Of a stretch of DNA of 64,000 nucleotides, positions 32,244-42,565 are shown in pieces (the first letter of the stretch is position 1; each line of letters begins with the position of its first letter). Where the stretch lies: NCBI GenBank assembly GCA_963847705.1, contig CAWKBC010000010.1, positions 32,001-96,000 of the forward strand, given 5' to 3'. Under the pieces are notes generated by a model. That model ran no database searches. It saw nothing but the letters and a program-made list of their open reading frames with translations, and was not told the DNA's origin. This stretch comes from an uncultured Pseudomonadota bacterium (lineage in GTDB: Bacteria > Myxococcota_A > Polyangia > Fen-1088). The position numbers were made by a program, and so were the translations under genes.

Positions 32244-33725
32244 TCACCTCGCGACGGAGAATCGCCGGACGCCGAACGCGTGCGCTCCGGGCGACGAGCC
32301 CGCGAAGACGACTGGCGCCCGACCCGTCTCCTGGCCATGGCGCGCGGCGATGGCGTCGACCGCCGCTCGACCACCGCGGCGCGCCAGGACGGCGACGGTC
32401 CCGCCGCTTCCACCGCCGGTGATCTTGGCGCCGTAGAGCCCCGCTGCTGGTCCCGCGGCGCGCACCAGCTCCACCAGGCGATCGGTCGCGGCGGCGGCCA
32501 GCCCGCAGGTGGCGTAGCTGGCGTGCGCTTCGTACATCAGCTCGCCAAGCAGCGTCCGCGACTCTTCACTCTCGGCGCCTCCGGCCAAAAGCGCCCGCCA
32601 CAGGCGGACCCGCTGGTGCTCCTCGATCGGGTGCTCGGTCGCGGCCCGGACGGAATAGCTCCGCGCCGGGTCGACGCGGGTGGCGGGATCGGTCGTGCCT
32701 TGAAACTCGGCGAGGAAGTGCGCTCCGTCGATCCGCTCCGGAACCAGCGTCCGAAACTGCCCGCGCCAGCGGGAGGGCGTGACGTTCGCCAGGTAACCAC
32801 CGAAGATCGGATCGTCGATGGCGACGCGCCCCGGTCCCACAGAGCGCGCGGTGAGCCCCGCCGCGGCAGCGATCATCCGATAACCCATGAAGGCGGCCAC
32901 CCGGACGCTGCCGTAGTCCGCCCCCGACACGGCGTGCCGGACGCCCGAGTCGATCCCGAAGACCTCGATCGACGGCGGCAGCGGCAGGCTGCCCAGGAGC
33001 TCCGCGGGCTGGCAGAGAAGCTCGAGGAGGTGATCCGCCTCGCCGCAGGCAGAGGTCAGCTGGTCCATCACCCCGCAGGGGGCACCGACGATGAAGTTCT
33101 CCACCTGCTGCGCCAGCAGCGCCAGCGCCCTGCCGTCGAGGGCGAGTCCTTGCAGGGCGGCGATCGCTTCGAGCGCGGCGACCTCCAGCGCGGCCGACGA
33201 GCTCACCCCCTTGCCGGTCGGAACGTCGGAGCGAATCAAGAGGCGCATGGGGCGCGGCGGGACGCCGTGCTCGCGGTGGAGGATCACCAGCGCACCCAGG
33301 ACGTAGGCGGTCCAGGCGCGGCGCGGCTCGCGCGCGAACAGCGCCCGGGCCGCCGCGATGTCGAGCGGCGCTTCTCCCGCGGCCAGCTCGGCGAGCGGGA
33401 AGGTCGCGCGCGCCTCCGCCCCGGGATCGCCGAGCTGGTCGCTCTCGATGACAATCTCCTGGCCGCCGGTCTCCTGCGCCGCCACGAAGGTCGCGACCGC
33501 CAGCGGCAGCTCGAGCACGAGCGAGCCCGAGTAGTCGGCGATCCCGCCCATCAGATCGAGGCGGCCCGGCGCGCGCGCCAGCAGGAGCGGGCGGCGCGGA
33601 TCGAAGAAATCGGCCCGGGAAGCGATCCAGGCGATGGCCCGCCCGAGCTCCGAGCCCCTGGGGGGCGCCTCGCCTTCGCGAGACCCGGCCTCGAGACGCC
33701 ACGGCAGGCGCGGCGGAGGTGTCAT
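32244..33725 (-). CDS. GHMP sugar-1-kinase, L-arabinokinase (ARA1)-like
   Basis: RAPGRLDLMGGIADYSGSLVL, PTGKGVSSSAALEVA, GAPCGVMDQ, LLCQPAE, GIDSGVRH, GAKITGGGSGG. Confidence 0.85.
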   Translation of the reverse strand: MTPPPRLPWRLEAGSREGEAPPRGSELGRAIAWIASRADFFDPRRPLLLARAPGRLDLMGGIADYSGSLVLELPLAVATFVAAQETGGQEIVIESDQLGDPGAEARATFPLAELAAGEAPLDIAAARALFAREPRRAWTAYVLGALVILHREHGVPPRPMRLLIRSDVPTGKGVSSSAALEVAALEAIAALQGLALDGRALALLAQQVENFIVGAPCGVMDQLTSACGEADHLLELLCQPAELLGSLPLPPSIEVFGIDSGVRHAVSGADYGSVRVAAFMGYRMIAAAAGLTARSVGPGRVAIDDPIFGGYLANVTPSRWRGQFRTLVPERIDGAHFLAEFQGTTDPATRVDPARSYSVRAATEHPIEEHQRVRLWRALLAGGAESEESRTLLGELMYEAHASYATCGLAAAATDRLVELVRAAGPAAGLYGAKITGGGSGGTVAVLARRGGRAAVDAIAARHGQETGRAPVVFAGSSPGAHAFGVRRFSVAR

Positions 33726-34780
33726 GACGGAGAGAGACCCCGTTCGCCCAACGCCTCCCGGAGCGCCGGCTCCACCTGGGCGCGGATCGCCTCGTTCGCG
33801 TAACCGATCCAGGCGAGCTCGGAGAAGACGTCGAGCGGCGCGCTCAGCCGTCGGCCCGCCTCGTCGGTGACGATCACCCCCGCCTCGCGCGCGATGAGCT
33901 CGGTGGAGAGATCGTAGGGATGGGCGCAGAGCCCCAGCGCCTCGCCGCGCGCCCGCAGCACCGGCTCGACCAGCGGGCGGAGATCGCCCACCCAGCGATC
34001 GTGGCCGACCATGAGCTCGTAGAGCTGCCCGCCGCTGGAGATGTACTGATCTTCGAAGGCGCGCGCGCGCCCCTTCTCGCTTGGTCCCAGGAGGCGCGCC
34101 ACGACGGCGTCGTCGACCGCCGCCAGCTCGGCGCGCGCCCCGGGGAAGAAGCGCGACAGCCCCCCGTACCCCTGGGCGATGGTCTGGGCGCGGGAGGGGG
34201 CGAACGGCAAGGGCCGGCGCTCGCCGGTCAGGCGATTGAACCGCTCGGCCTGCGCGCCGCCGCCCGCCACGGCCCACAGCACGTCGCAGAGGTGCTGCTT
34301 GACGAGTGGAATCTCGGTCTGCACGGCGAGCTCGATGTCGGCGAGCGTGGCCGAGCGCTTCGCCCCTCGCGACCCGCCCCCGGGCCGGAAGGCCGCCACG
34401 CCGGTCAGCACCCAGGCGGATCGCTTCTGGTACATGAGGCCGCGCGTGCCGTCGATCGGATCGACCAGCACCACGATCTCGACGGCCTCCGGTGGCGTCC
34501 CCTCGGGCAGCACGCGCCGGCCGTCCTGGCCCAGCCCCTCGGCCACCAGGAGCAGCGGCCATTCCTGGGCCAGCGACTCGAACTCCGCGAGCAGCACCTC
34601 CTCCGACACCCGATCGATGGCGAACAGCGTGTCACCGGCGTCGTCGCCCACCACCGCCGCCAGCTCGTCGCCCGGACGCGTCTCGCAGCTGGCCACCACG
34701 CGATCGCGGATCTTCTCCTGGATGCCGCGAATCCGGGCCAGCAGCCGATCGACATCGGCCACGTCGCGCAGCGCGCTCAC
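33722..34780 (-). CDS. Inositol-monophosphatase-superfamily sugar phosphatase
   Basis: [25 protein letters not shown]...AREAG; 4-bp overlaps with both neighbours. Confidence 0.75.
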   Translation of the reverse strand: MSALRDVADVDRLLARIRGIQEKIRDRVVASCETRPGDELAAVVGDDAGDTLFAIDRVSEEVLLAEFESLAQEWPLLLVAEGLGQDGRRVLPEGTPPEAVEIVVLVDPIDGTRGLMYQKRSAWVLTGVAAFRPGGGSRGAKRSATLADIELAVQTEIPLVKQHLCDVLWAVAGGGAQAERFNRLTGERRPLPFAPSRAQTIAQGYGGLSRFFPGARAELAAVDDAVVARLLGPSEKGRARAFEDQYISSGGQLYELMVGHDRWVGDLRPLVEPVLRARGEALGLCAHPYDLSTELIAREAGVIVTDEAGRRLSAPLDVFSELAWIGYANEAIRAQVEPALREALGERGLSPS

Positions 34781-35847
34781 GATCCGCTCGTCGACGCGTG
34801 GTGAAGGCCCGGGACGGCCCGCAGCTCGGCTGCCTTCTCCTCGGGAGAGGTGTCGGCCAGGAAGTTGCCGCCGCCGATCTCCGGACCGGCCAGATATTTG
34901 AGCAGGCTCGGCCGCCGCAGTGGCGGGTGAAAGGCGATGAAGAAGTGGTAGGCGTCGCCGGCGCCGACATCGGCGCCGAGCCCGAGCTTCGCCGGCGCCT
35001 GGTGCAGGGCCATGACGTAGGGAAAGGAGACCTTCCACAAGTTGTCGAACCGCGCCGTGACGTTCCCCAGCGCTGCCGCCAGCGACGCCACCTCGGCGTC
35101 GTCGAGCCCGAAGGCGTGCGGCACGCGGCGCTTGGGCGCGACGTAGACCTCGTAGGCGTAGCGGGCGAAATAGGGGACGAAGGCGATCACCCGCTCGTCC
35201 TCGAACAGAATGCGCCGGCCGTCCTGCTGCTCCGCGCGGATCAGGTCGTCGAAGAGCGCACGCCCGGTCCGGTCGCGGTGGCGAATCGACGCCGCCAGCT
35301 CGACCTCGACCGTCCTGAACACGAAGTTCGTGGCGTAGATCTGCCCGTGCGGGTGGGGGTTGGAGACGCCGACCACCTCCCCTTTGTTCTCGAAGCAGAG
35401 GACGTGCTCGACCTCGGGCCGCGCGCAGAGATCGCGCGTCTCGCGCCGCCAGACCTCGACCACCTCGCCGATCGCGGCGGCGGGCATCTCGGCCAGCGTG
35501 AGATCGTGACGGGGCGAGAAGCAGACGACGCGCGCGATGCCGGTGGCGCGCCGCGACTGATAGGGGGCCGGCGGAGCAACCGTTGCGGGGGCGTCAGGCC
35601 CGACGCAAGGGTGGTCGTTGTCGAACACGAACGTCCCGGTGTAGTCCGCGTTGCGCAGGCCGCTCACCCGCATGTTGCCCGGGCACAGATGACAGCGGGG
35701 ATCGTGACGGACCGGCCGCGTCGTCGTGGCCGCGACGGTCTCACCCGTCCAGGGCCGCGTCTGACGGTGGGCGGCGACGATCACCCACTCCTCGCGCAAG
35801 GGGTGCCACCGCTCCTCCCAGGTCTGCGGAGCACCGTCCGACGTCAT
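34777..35847 (-). CDS. galT: Galactose-1-phosphate uridylyltransferase family (HIT)
   Basis: [51 protein letters not shown]. Confidence 0.9.
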   Translation of the reverse strand: MTSDGAPQTWEERWHPLREEWVIVAAHRQTRPWTGETVAATTTRPVRHDPRCHLCPGNMRVSGLRNADYTGTFVFDNDHPCVGPDAPATVAPPAPYQSRRATGIARVVCFSPRHDLTLAEMPAAAIGEVVEVWRRETRDLCARPEVEHVLCFENKGEVVGVSNPHPHGQIYATNFVFRTVEVELAASIRHRDRTGRALFDDLIRAEQQDGRRILFEDERVIAFVPYFARYAYEVYVAPKRRVPHAFGLDDAEVASLAAALGNVTARFDNLWKVSFPYVMALHQAPAKLGLGADVGAGDAYHFFIAFHPPLRRPSLLKYLAGPEIGGGNFLADTSPEEKAAELRAVPGLHHASTSGS

Positions 35848-35849
35848 GC

Positions 35850-37499
35850 TCAGAAGGCGACCTCGGCCTGCAGCTTGACGACGTTCTGGTCGGGCGTCAT
35901 GCCCGAATACGGGCCCTGTTGGAGGACATTGGCTCCCGCCACGAGCGGTGCGTTCCACGGCCATTGCTGATTGAGCTTCATGTTGTCGCCGTAGAAGTAT
36001 CGAGAGTACTGAAAGTAGATGCGCTCGCTGGAAAGGAAATGCGAGGAGAAAATGACCCGCGGCGTGAAGGCGGCGAAGACGTATCCGGACTGGCCCAGAG
36101 CGTAATTGACCTCATCGAAGCGAAGCATGAAGGCGAACCAGGTCGTAGCCTGGAGGGTCGCGTCCACACCGTACTTGAACTGCTTGATCTCGTTCTGGGC
36201 GAGAATCGAATACTGCTTGAGAGTCGACCCGGTCGGCAAATTGAGCTTGCTGTCCGCCAGCAGCCCGAAGACGCTCACCGTCACGTCGGGCACCCCACCC
36301 GGCGCGATACCCCGGACCCCGGAGAGCGTGTTCTCATAGAGGAAGCCGAAATTGAGCATCGATCCGCTGCCGGTCGAGTCGGTGGGGCTGCCGGTATAGG
36401 CCATGTAGTTCGTGGCGATGCCCGCGGCGCTGAGCGAGTGCATGACCTCGGTCCCCGCGCTGGCCAGCGCCCAGCCATTTCGAACGCTGAGAAACGACGG
36501 GGAGAGCCACAGATGACCCCAGTAGGGCGCACGCACGTTGCCCTCGAAGCCGACGACCGAGAGATGCGCCTGCTGGGCTGCCGCATAGGACTTGTCACCC
36601 GGCGTGGATTGCTGGGTCAGGTTCGGGTCGGCGGTCCACTCGGTGTTGATGTGAAACGCCAGGTCCGCGTACTTCGCGTAGTTGACCTTGAGATTCAGGT
36701 AGGCCAGCAGATCGACACCCGTGATGGCCCCGTAAAAGGCGGGAGCCCCAGGATTGAAGCTGCCGTCCCGTCCGGTCCCGAACCCTCCCACCCCCGTGAA
36801 CGTCCAGTCGGGAGTGAAAGGAACCGTCGCTTTCAATTGCCCACCCAACTGGCGAAAGCGCCCGAGCGTGTAAGTGTCGTATTTCTCGAAGTACCCAAAG
36901 CTCGGCCACCAGGCGCCCGCCGTGAAGGCAATGTTCGGTTTGAGATCGCCATCGCCGAGATCCGTATCGAGGGCGACGTAGGCCAGGCCCGGCGCCCACG
37001 CCGCGTCGTAGTTCCGGAACCCGACCGACTGGAACCAGTACCCCATCCATCCGACCGCGGCGTCGACGTGCTTCTTCCGGGCGTGGATGAAGACCTCCGC
37101 CCAGTCCTGCTCCTGCAGGCGTGTGTAGGCGAAGCTGTAGTAGTTCGCGTCGACCGTTCGATTGGGCCCGTACGACACCTGCGTGCTGGAGGGCCCCGTC
37201 GGGTTGTCGGGCCCCGGGCGTGAGCTGATGCCCAGCGCCATGGGCGCACGGAAGTACCCGTTGACGTCGATGTGCCAAGGCCCTGGGACGGGGGCCGGTT
37301 GCACTTCACTGGCGGCCGGCGGTTGGGGCGGCTGCGCCGTCGGCGGCGCCGGGGGCGGCGCGGTCGGCAGCGCGGGTGGCGGCTCTGCCTCCCCGGCCGG
37401 GGACTCGTCGGTCGGGTCAGCCGTCGGGGGTGCGGCCACCGCCCGAAGGGCCACCAGGGACGTCAACAACACGAAGGACGCTTGGAATTTTCTGCGCAT
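35850..37499 (-). CDS. Outer-membrane beta-barrel protein, putative carbohydrate porin
   Basis: Signal peptide, Pro-rich linker, alternating aromatic beta-strands, C-terminal KLQAEVAF. Confidence 0.7.
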   Translation of the reverse strand: MRRKFQASFVLLTSLVALRAVAAPPTADPTDESPAGEAEPPPALPTAPPPAPPTAQPPQPPAASEVQPAPVPGPWHIDVNGYFRAPMALGISSRPGPDNPTGPSSTQVSYGPNRTVDANYYSFAYTRLQEQDWAEVFIHARKKHVDAAVGWMGYWFQSVGFRNYDAAWAPGLAYVALDTDLGDGDLKPNIAFTAGAWWPSFGYFEKYDTYTLGRFRQLGGQLKATVPFTPDWTFTGVGGFGTGRDGSFNPGAPAFYGAITGVDLLAYLNLKVNYAKYADLAFHINTEWTADPNLTQQSTPGDKSYAAAQQAHLSVVGFEGNVRAPYWGHLWLSPSFLSVRNGWALASAGTEVMHSLSAAGIATNYMAYTGSPTDSTGSGSMLNFGFLYENTLSGVRGIAPGGVPDVTVSVFGLLADSKLNLPTGSTLKQYSILAQNEIKQFKYGVDATLQATTWFAFMLRFDEVNYALGQSGYVFAAFTPRVIFSSHFLSSERIYFQYSRYFYGDNMKLNQQWPWNAPLVAGANVLQQGPYSGMTPDQNVVKLQAEVAF

Positions 37500-37515
37500 C
37501 GGATCGACGAGCCGC

Positions 37516-39003
37516 CTACTTGCCGTACTTCGCAGCAACGATGTTGGATTGAACGGAGTTGAGGGTGGCCAGCGAGGCGGCGCCGCTGGCCATGACGCCC
37601 TCGAACCACTCTCCCCCGTCGCTGTTGCTGTTGTCGCCGCCGATGCCGAGGATGATCGACCCCTGCTTGTGCATCGGAACGTAGCCCGTCTTGGCCGGCC
37701 GTATTCCGTCGTATTCGGTGGTCAAGGCGCCGTTCGTCGCGTCGGCGCCATAGAGCGCGAAGCGCCCCTTTCCCGAGTTCTGCGAGGCCACGTCGCCGAC
37801 GACCATGGCCGTCACGAAGTTGAACTTGAGCGGCGTGTTGGTGGCGATGTCCTGGTCATCACCGTCCCAGCCGGCGTAGAGACCGTTCTCCAGATCGGCT
37901 TCCACCCACGGACCATTGTTGTGGCCACCCGGAGAGCCGGTGCCCCAGACCACGCCTCCACCGAAGTAGACCGCCTCCATGGTGCCATTGCCGTCGTCAT
38001 GCGAGTCCGTCTCCGCGTTGCCATAGTCGAAGCAGCAGCCGTCGATCAGATTGTTCTGGCTCGTCACCATGTACTCGGTCTCGGCCGCGTCGCCGGTGGC
38101 GGTCCCCTTGGGGGTCACGACTCCGCAGCCGGTGCAGCCGGCGCGGTAGCCGATCCCCGTCTTGATGAGAATGCCGTAGACCGTGTGGCCGTTGGCTGTC
38201 GTCTTGAGGTCGGTGGCGCTGGCCGGATTGTCAGCGGTGGCGACGGCGCCGCCGCCAGGACCCGGCTTGAGGTGATTTCCGTTGGGGGACTGATCGTAGA
38301 TGATCGAGATGGTGCAGCTCCCGCCGGAGCAGAACGCGTCCTGAGAGGCGGAGTCGGCGTAGCCGGCCACCACCCCGATGTCCTTGGTCGTCCCCTTACA
38401 AGAATTCGGTCCCGTCACGAACGACCCCTTGCAGACCTGGTAGAGATTCCCGGTGTAGCTGCCGTAGAGCGCGCGCACCGTACTGTGGGCGGCGACGCAA
38501 GCGTTGCCGGCGCTGGCCAGGATGTCGCAAGGCCCGGTGAGAGCAACCGTGCCCCCGGTGCCGGTCGTGCCGCCGGTGGCCGGCGTGCCCCCGGTACCGG
38601 GCGTTCCGCCGGTGGCCGGTGTGCCGCCGCTGCCGGGCGTACCACCAGTGCCGGGTTTGCCGCCAGCGCCACCGGTCCCCGGCGTGCCACCCGTCCCCGG
38701 CGTGCCGCCAGTGCCGGGCGTGCCGCCGCTGCCGGGCGTGCCGCCAGCCCCCGGCCCGCCGCCGCTGCCGACGATGCCGCCGGTGCCGGTGGAGCCGCCG
38801 GTGTCAGTCGCGCCACCGGTTCCGGTCGAACCACCTGTGTCGCTGGTGCCGCCGGTCCCGGTGAAACCGCCGGTGTTATCTCCCGACGAGCCGCCGCCAC
38901 CGTCGCCGCCACTGCTGCCAGATGAAAACGACCAACATGAAGCGACGAGGACGCCGAGCGACAGCGCGAGGGACAGTGGTGCGGCGGAGCGAATCTTCTT
39001 CAT
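37516..39003 (-). CDS. Alpha-L-arabinofuranosidase B (GH54) catalytic domain with G/T-rich linker; probable lipoprotein
   Basis: GPCDI...CVAAHSTVRALY, IYDQS, CCFDYGNAET, GTMEAVYFG, ADLENGL, GIGGDNS...EGVM; signal ending LVAS-C. Confidence 0.9.
   Translation of the reverse strand: MKKIRSAAPLSLALSLGVLVASCWSFSSGSSGGDGGGGSSGDNTGGFTGTGGTSDTGGSTGTGGATDTGGSTGTGGIVGSGGGPGAGGTPGSGGTPGTGGTPGTGGTPGTGGAGGKPGTGGTPGSGGTPATGGTPGTGGTPATGGTTGTGGTVALTGPCDILASAGNACVAAHSTVRALYGSYTGNLYQVCKGSFVTGPNSCKGTTKDIGVVAGYADSASQDAFCSGGSCTISIIYDQSPNGNHLKPGPGGGAVATADNPASATDLKTTANGHTVYGILIKTGIGYRAGCTGCGVVTPKGTATGDAAETEYMVTSQNNLIDGCCFDYGNAETDSHDDGNGTMEAVYFGGGVVWGTGSPGGHNNGPWVEADLENGLYAGWDGDDQDIATNTPLKFNFVTAMVVGDVASQNSGKGRFALYGADATNGALTTEYDGIRPAKTGYVPMHKQGSIILGIGGDNSNSDGGEWFEGVMASGAASLATLNSVQSNIVAAKYGK
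38551..38880 (-). repeat. 18-bp coding tandem repeat (GTGGTP)n linker
   Basis: Translates as GTGGTPGTGGTPGTGGAGGKPGTGGTPGSGGTPATGGTP and similar. Confidence 0.85.
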
Positions 39004-39450
39004 TTGCGACATCTCCAGGTACATAGGTCCCTCGATCGGGACCAGCGGGGCCGGTTGTGGCTGGGGGACAAGAGAGACTCCCGAAGGGTTCGTTCAGCGT
39101 GAGATATCGCGGACCTACCGGGGACCCCTGGGGCACACCCACCACCTGGAAAGGGTCCGCTGGTCGTGGATTGATGCAATCGAGAGGTGCCGTGTCGCCG
39201 ATCTTTCGGCTCAAGGTCCCCAGCGAACCATGAAGGCGTTTGCCCGGGAGAGCTGTCTGTTGTCAATGTTTCGGACTCGGCGTCTGCATCACGAATTCGA
39301 CCCGCGGCCTGTGCCATCTCCGTGTCGCCGCTTCGCCCGAACCCACCCGGCCACCAGGCGGCGACCGGGATCGATCTGCGGCCGCGCCGCGCGGACCAAG
39401 CACGCCGGCGCCCGACGCCGGCCGGTAGACGATCCGCTAGGTCTTCGGCG

Positions 39451-41280
39451 CTAGCTCTTCAACGACTGGCGGTAGGCGCGCCAGCCGCCGAAGCTCGAGA
39501 TGTCGGCCGCGCCGGCGAGCGCGTAGCCCTCGCAGAGGAACCCGGAGACGCGCGTCCCGTCGGCGAGCGAGAGGCTGCCGATGCAGAGCGGGGGCGGCAC
39601 CGCGGCGACGAAGGTCCCGAAGGCCTCCGCCGACAGCGCCCAGACCTCGATCTCGATCGCCACCCCGTCGCTGTCGACGCGGCCGAGGCCGGGCTTGGCG
39701 GGCGTGGTGTTGGGGAGGGCGTACAGCCGATAGACCGGCGCGGTCCGGGTGGCTCGAACGAATCGGCCGTCCAGCATCGTGAGCTGGTGGTTGAGCGGCT
39801 CGCCCGACAGGTGCGCGCCGACCACCGCGATCGAGATGAGCCCCGCCGTCGCCGAGACCGGCGGTGTCGCGGGGATCAGGTGGGGCCCGGCGCCCATGGT
39901 CCGGCTGGTGGCCCGGTGCACGAGGGCGGCGAAGGCGGCCAGGCGGGCGTCGCTCCCGGCGGGGCCGATCACCGTCGCGCCGGCGGGGAGACCGTCGGCG
40001 CGAAATCCGGTCGGCACCGCCACGGCCGCCAGGTCGAGCAGGTTGACGAAGTTCGCGTAGGCCCCGAGCGCCGAATTGAGGCCCAGCGGATCGGCCTCCA
40101 CCTCGTCCATGCGAAAGATGGTGGGCGTGGTGGGGACCAGCAGGAAGTCGACGGCGGCCAGCGCGCGGCCGGCGGCACGACGGAGCTGGCGCAGCCGGTG
40201 CTGGGCCTCGAAGGCGGCCGCCGCGTCGAAGCGCGCGGCGCTCTCCAGAATCGTCCGGACCGGCCCGATGATCGCGCCCGGCGCCGACGCCAGCAGGCCG
40301 CCGGTGGCGGCCAGCCGCTCGGCCACGAACGGGCCGTCGTAGAGCAGGCCGCCGGCCTCGCGAAAGGGGGCGAAGTCGACGTCGACGCGCTGGCCGCCCG
40401 AGGCGGCCAGCGTCTCCAGCGTTCGCTCGAAGACGCTCTGGGCGGCGAGATCGCCGCGGAAGTCGAGCGCCGCGCCCGCCGGAACGCCGAAACGAAACCG
40501 CGGCGGCGCGACCGTGGGCGTGAAGCGAACCGCGCCCGCGTCGGGGCGCGCGCCGGGATCGGAGTCGTCCGAGCCGCGCATGAGCTCGGCGATCTGGGCG
40601 GCGTCCTCGACGGTGAGCGCGAAGACCGAGACGCAGTCGAGCGAGCGGCAGGCGGGGACGACGCCGGTCGTGCTCAGGACGCCGCGGGTCGGCTTGAGAC
40701 CGACGATGTTGTTGAAGGCAGCCGGAACGCGCCCCGACCCGGCCGTGTCGCTGCCGAGCGCGAAGCTCACCAGGCCAGCCCCCACCGCCACCCCGGAGCC
40801 GGAGCTGGAACCGCCCGGGATGTAGCGCGCGTCGAACGGGTTGCGCGGGATCCCGTAGGGCGAACGGACACCGACCAGGCCGGTGGCGAACTGGTCGAGG
40901 TTGGTCTTCCCCAGGCAGAGCGCGCCGGCGGCCCGGAGGCGGGCCACCACCGGCGCGTCCGCCTTGGGCGTGTAGGTGAAGGCCGGGCAGGCCGCCGTGG
41001 TCGGCAGCCCGGCGACGTCGATGTTGTCCTTGACGGCGAAGGGGACGCCGAAGAGCGGCAGAGCCTCGCCGCCGGCCCGGCGCCGCTCGAGCTCCTTCGC
41101 CTGGGTCAAGAGCTGGGCCCGATCGGTCGCCGCGATCCAGACGCCGTCGTCTCCGCGCTCGTCGATGAGGGCGAAGATCTCGGCCAGAACCTCGGCCGGC
41201 CGCCCGCCGTCCTCGTACCTGCGGGCGAGGACACCGAGATCGAGGCTGGGAAAGTTCGCGGCGCGAGGCTTCGTCGACAT
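39451..41280 (-). CDS. atzF: Allophanate hydrolase
   Basis: FAVKDNID, GKTNLDQFATGLVG, GGSSSGS, DTAGSGRVPA; C-terminal domain VVGAHLSGEPLN...DISSFGGWRAY. Confidence 0.95.
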   Translation of the reverse strand: MSTKPRAANFPSLDLGVLARRYEDGGRPAEVLAEIFALIDERGDDGVWIAATDRAQLLTQAKELERRRAGGEALPLFGVPFAVKDNIDVAGLPTTAACPAFTYTPKADAPVVARLRAAGALCLGKTNLDQFATGLVGVRSPYGIPRNPFDARYIPGGSSSGSGVAVGAGLVSFALGSDTAGSGRVPAAFNNIVGLKPTRGVLSTTGVVPACRSLDCVSVFALTVEDAAQIAELMRGSDDSDPGARPDAGAVRFTPTVAPPRFRFGVPAGAALDFRGDLAAQSVFERTLETLAASGGQRVDVDFAPFREAGGLLYDGPFVAERLAATGGLLASAPGAIIGPVRTILESAARFDAAAAFEAQHRLRQLRRAAGRALAAVDFLLVPTTPTIFRMDEVEADPLGLNSALGAYANFVNLLDLAAVAVPTGFRADGLPAGATVIGPAGSDARLAAFAALVHRATSRTMGAGPHLIPATPPVSATAGLISIAVVGAHLSGEPLNHQLTMLDGRFVRATRTAPVYRLYALPNTTPAKPGLGRVDSDGVAIEIEVWALSAEAFGTFVAAVPPPLCIGSLSLADGTRVSGFLCEGYALAGAADISSFGGWRAYRQSLKS

Positions 41281-41403
41281 CGGAACGGAGAATGCCGAAC
41301 CGAACCGTCGACGACAACTGCCGTCAACCGCGCGAAAGTGAAGTTACCAATAATTCGGGGCGACGAAAGAATCGAGAAACATGCGGCGGCCTATAAGCAA
41401 TCC

Positions 41404-42534
41404 ATGAATCAATTTCGACTGTTCGCTCGCTCGATGGTAGCTCGTGCCCTCGCGGTTTCCGTTTTTCTGGGTGTCCTCGGCATCGCTGGAGAGGGATCCG
41501 CCAAGGCGGCTCCCACGCCGCTGACCGTCGGCTTCATCTTCGTCGGTCCCAAGACCGATTTTGGCTATAACCAGTCTCACGCAGAGGGCGCGGCGGTGAT
41601 CGCCAAGCTGCCCGGCATCAAGATTCGCGAAGAGGAAATGGTCCCGGAGACCTCCGCCGTCCAGAAGACGATGGAGAGCATGATCAACCTCGACGGCGCG
41701 ACGGTGCTGTTTCCGACCTCGTTCGGTTACTTCGATCCGCACATCTTGAAGGAGGCGGTCAAGTACCCGAAGGTCACCTTCCTGCACTGCGGCGGCATGT
41801 ACCAGGAGGGCAAGACCCCCACCAACGTGGGGAGCTACTTCGGGTACATCGACGAGGCCCAGTACGTGGCGGGAATCGTGGCCGGGTTGACGACCAAGTC
41901 GAACAAGCTCGGGTTCATCGCCGCCAAGCCGATCCCGCAGGTGCTTCGCAACATCAACTCCTACACGCTCGGCGCCAAGTCGGTGAACCCCAAGATCACC
42001 ACCAGCGTCATCTTCACCGGCGACTGGTCGATGCCGGTCAAGGAAGCGGAGGCAGCCAACAGCTTGATCGACCAGGGCGTGGACGTTCTGACCATGCACG
42101 TCGACTCGCCCAAGGTCATCGTCGAGACCGCCGAGCGCCGCGGCGTCTTCGTCACCGGCTACCACGTCAACCAGTCGGCCCTGGCGCCGAAGGGGTATCT
42201 GACCGGCGCCGAGTGGAACTGGGGCAAGGTCTACACGGATTACGTCGACTGGATTCAGAACGGCAAGCCCTGGCCGCACCTCCTGCGCGGCGGGCTCAAG
42301 GAGGGATTCGTCAAGGTCTCGCCGTACGGCAAGGCGGTCTCGGCCGCCGCCAAGAAGAAGGCCGACGCCGCCAAGGCCAAGTTCATGGCCGGCACGATGG
42401 TCATCTACAAGGGGCCGCTCAAGGACAACACCGGCAAGGTCGTGATTCCGGCCGGGACCGAGGAAAAGCAGACCGACATCGCGCTCGAGAAGATGGACTA
42501 CCTGGTCGACGGCGTGATCGGGAAGACGCACTGA
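41404..42534 (+). CDS. BMP-family ABC substrate-binding protein
   Basis: Signal peptide; VGFIFVGPKTDFGYNQSH, FPTSFGY, LGFIAAKPIPQV. Alternative start at 41434. Confidence 0.9.
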   Translation: MNQFRLFARSMVARALAVSVFLGVLGIAGEGSAKAAPTPLTVGFIFVGPKTDFGYNQSHAEGAAVIAKLPGIKIREEEMVPETSAVQKTMESMINLDGATVLFPTSFGYFDPHILKEAVKYPKVTFLHCGGMYQEGKTPTNVGSYFGYIDEAQYVAGIVAGLTTKSNKLGFIAAKPIPQVLRNINSYTLGAKSVNPKITTSVIFTGDWSMPVKEAEAANSLIDQGVDVLTMHVDSPKVIVETAERRGVFVTGYHVNQSALAPKGYLTGAEWNWGKVYTDYVDWIQNGKPWPHLLRGGLKEGFVKVSPYGKAVSAAAKKKADAAKAKFMAGTMVIYKGPLKDNTGKVVIPAGTEEKQTDIALEKMDYLVDGVIGKTH

Positions 42535-42565
42535 GCCACGCAGGGACGGACGCGGGGCGCCAAAA

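Noticed and set aside
33726-34562. Possible kinase N-terminal extension or IMPase-kinase fusion (772-aa ORF)
   Set aside because: The extension is an off-frame read of the IMPase gene. The ATGA overlap at 33722-33725 marks two separate genes.
39187-41403. Apparent 1115-aa ORF extending the BMP protein upstream
   Set aside because: The N-terminal part is the antisense of atzF. The real protein starts near 41404-41434 with a signal peptide.
41281-41403. Guanidine riboswitch upstream of atzF
   Set aside because: Two ACGG tetramers occur on the minus strand, but their stems are too weak. No urea carboxylase or SugE gene is nearby.
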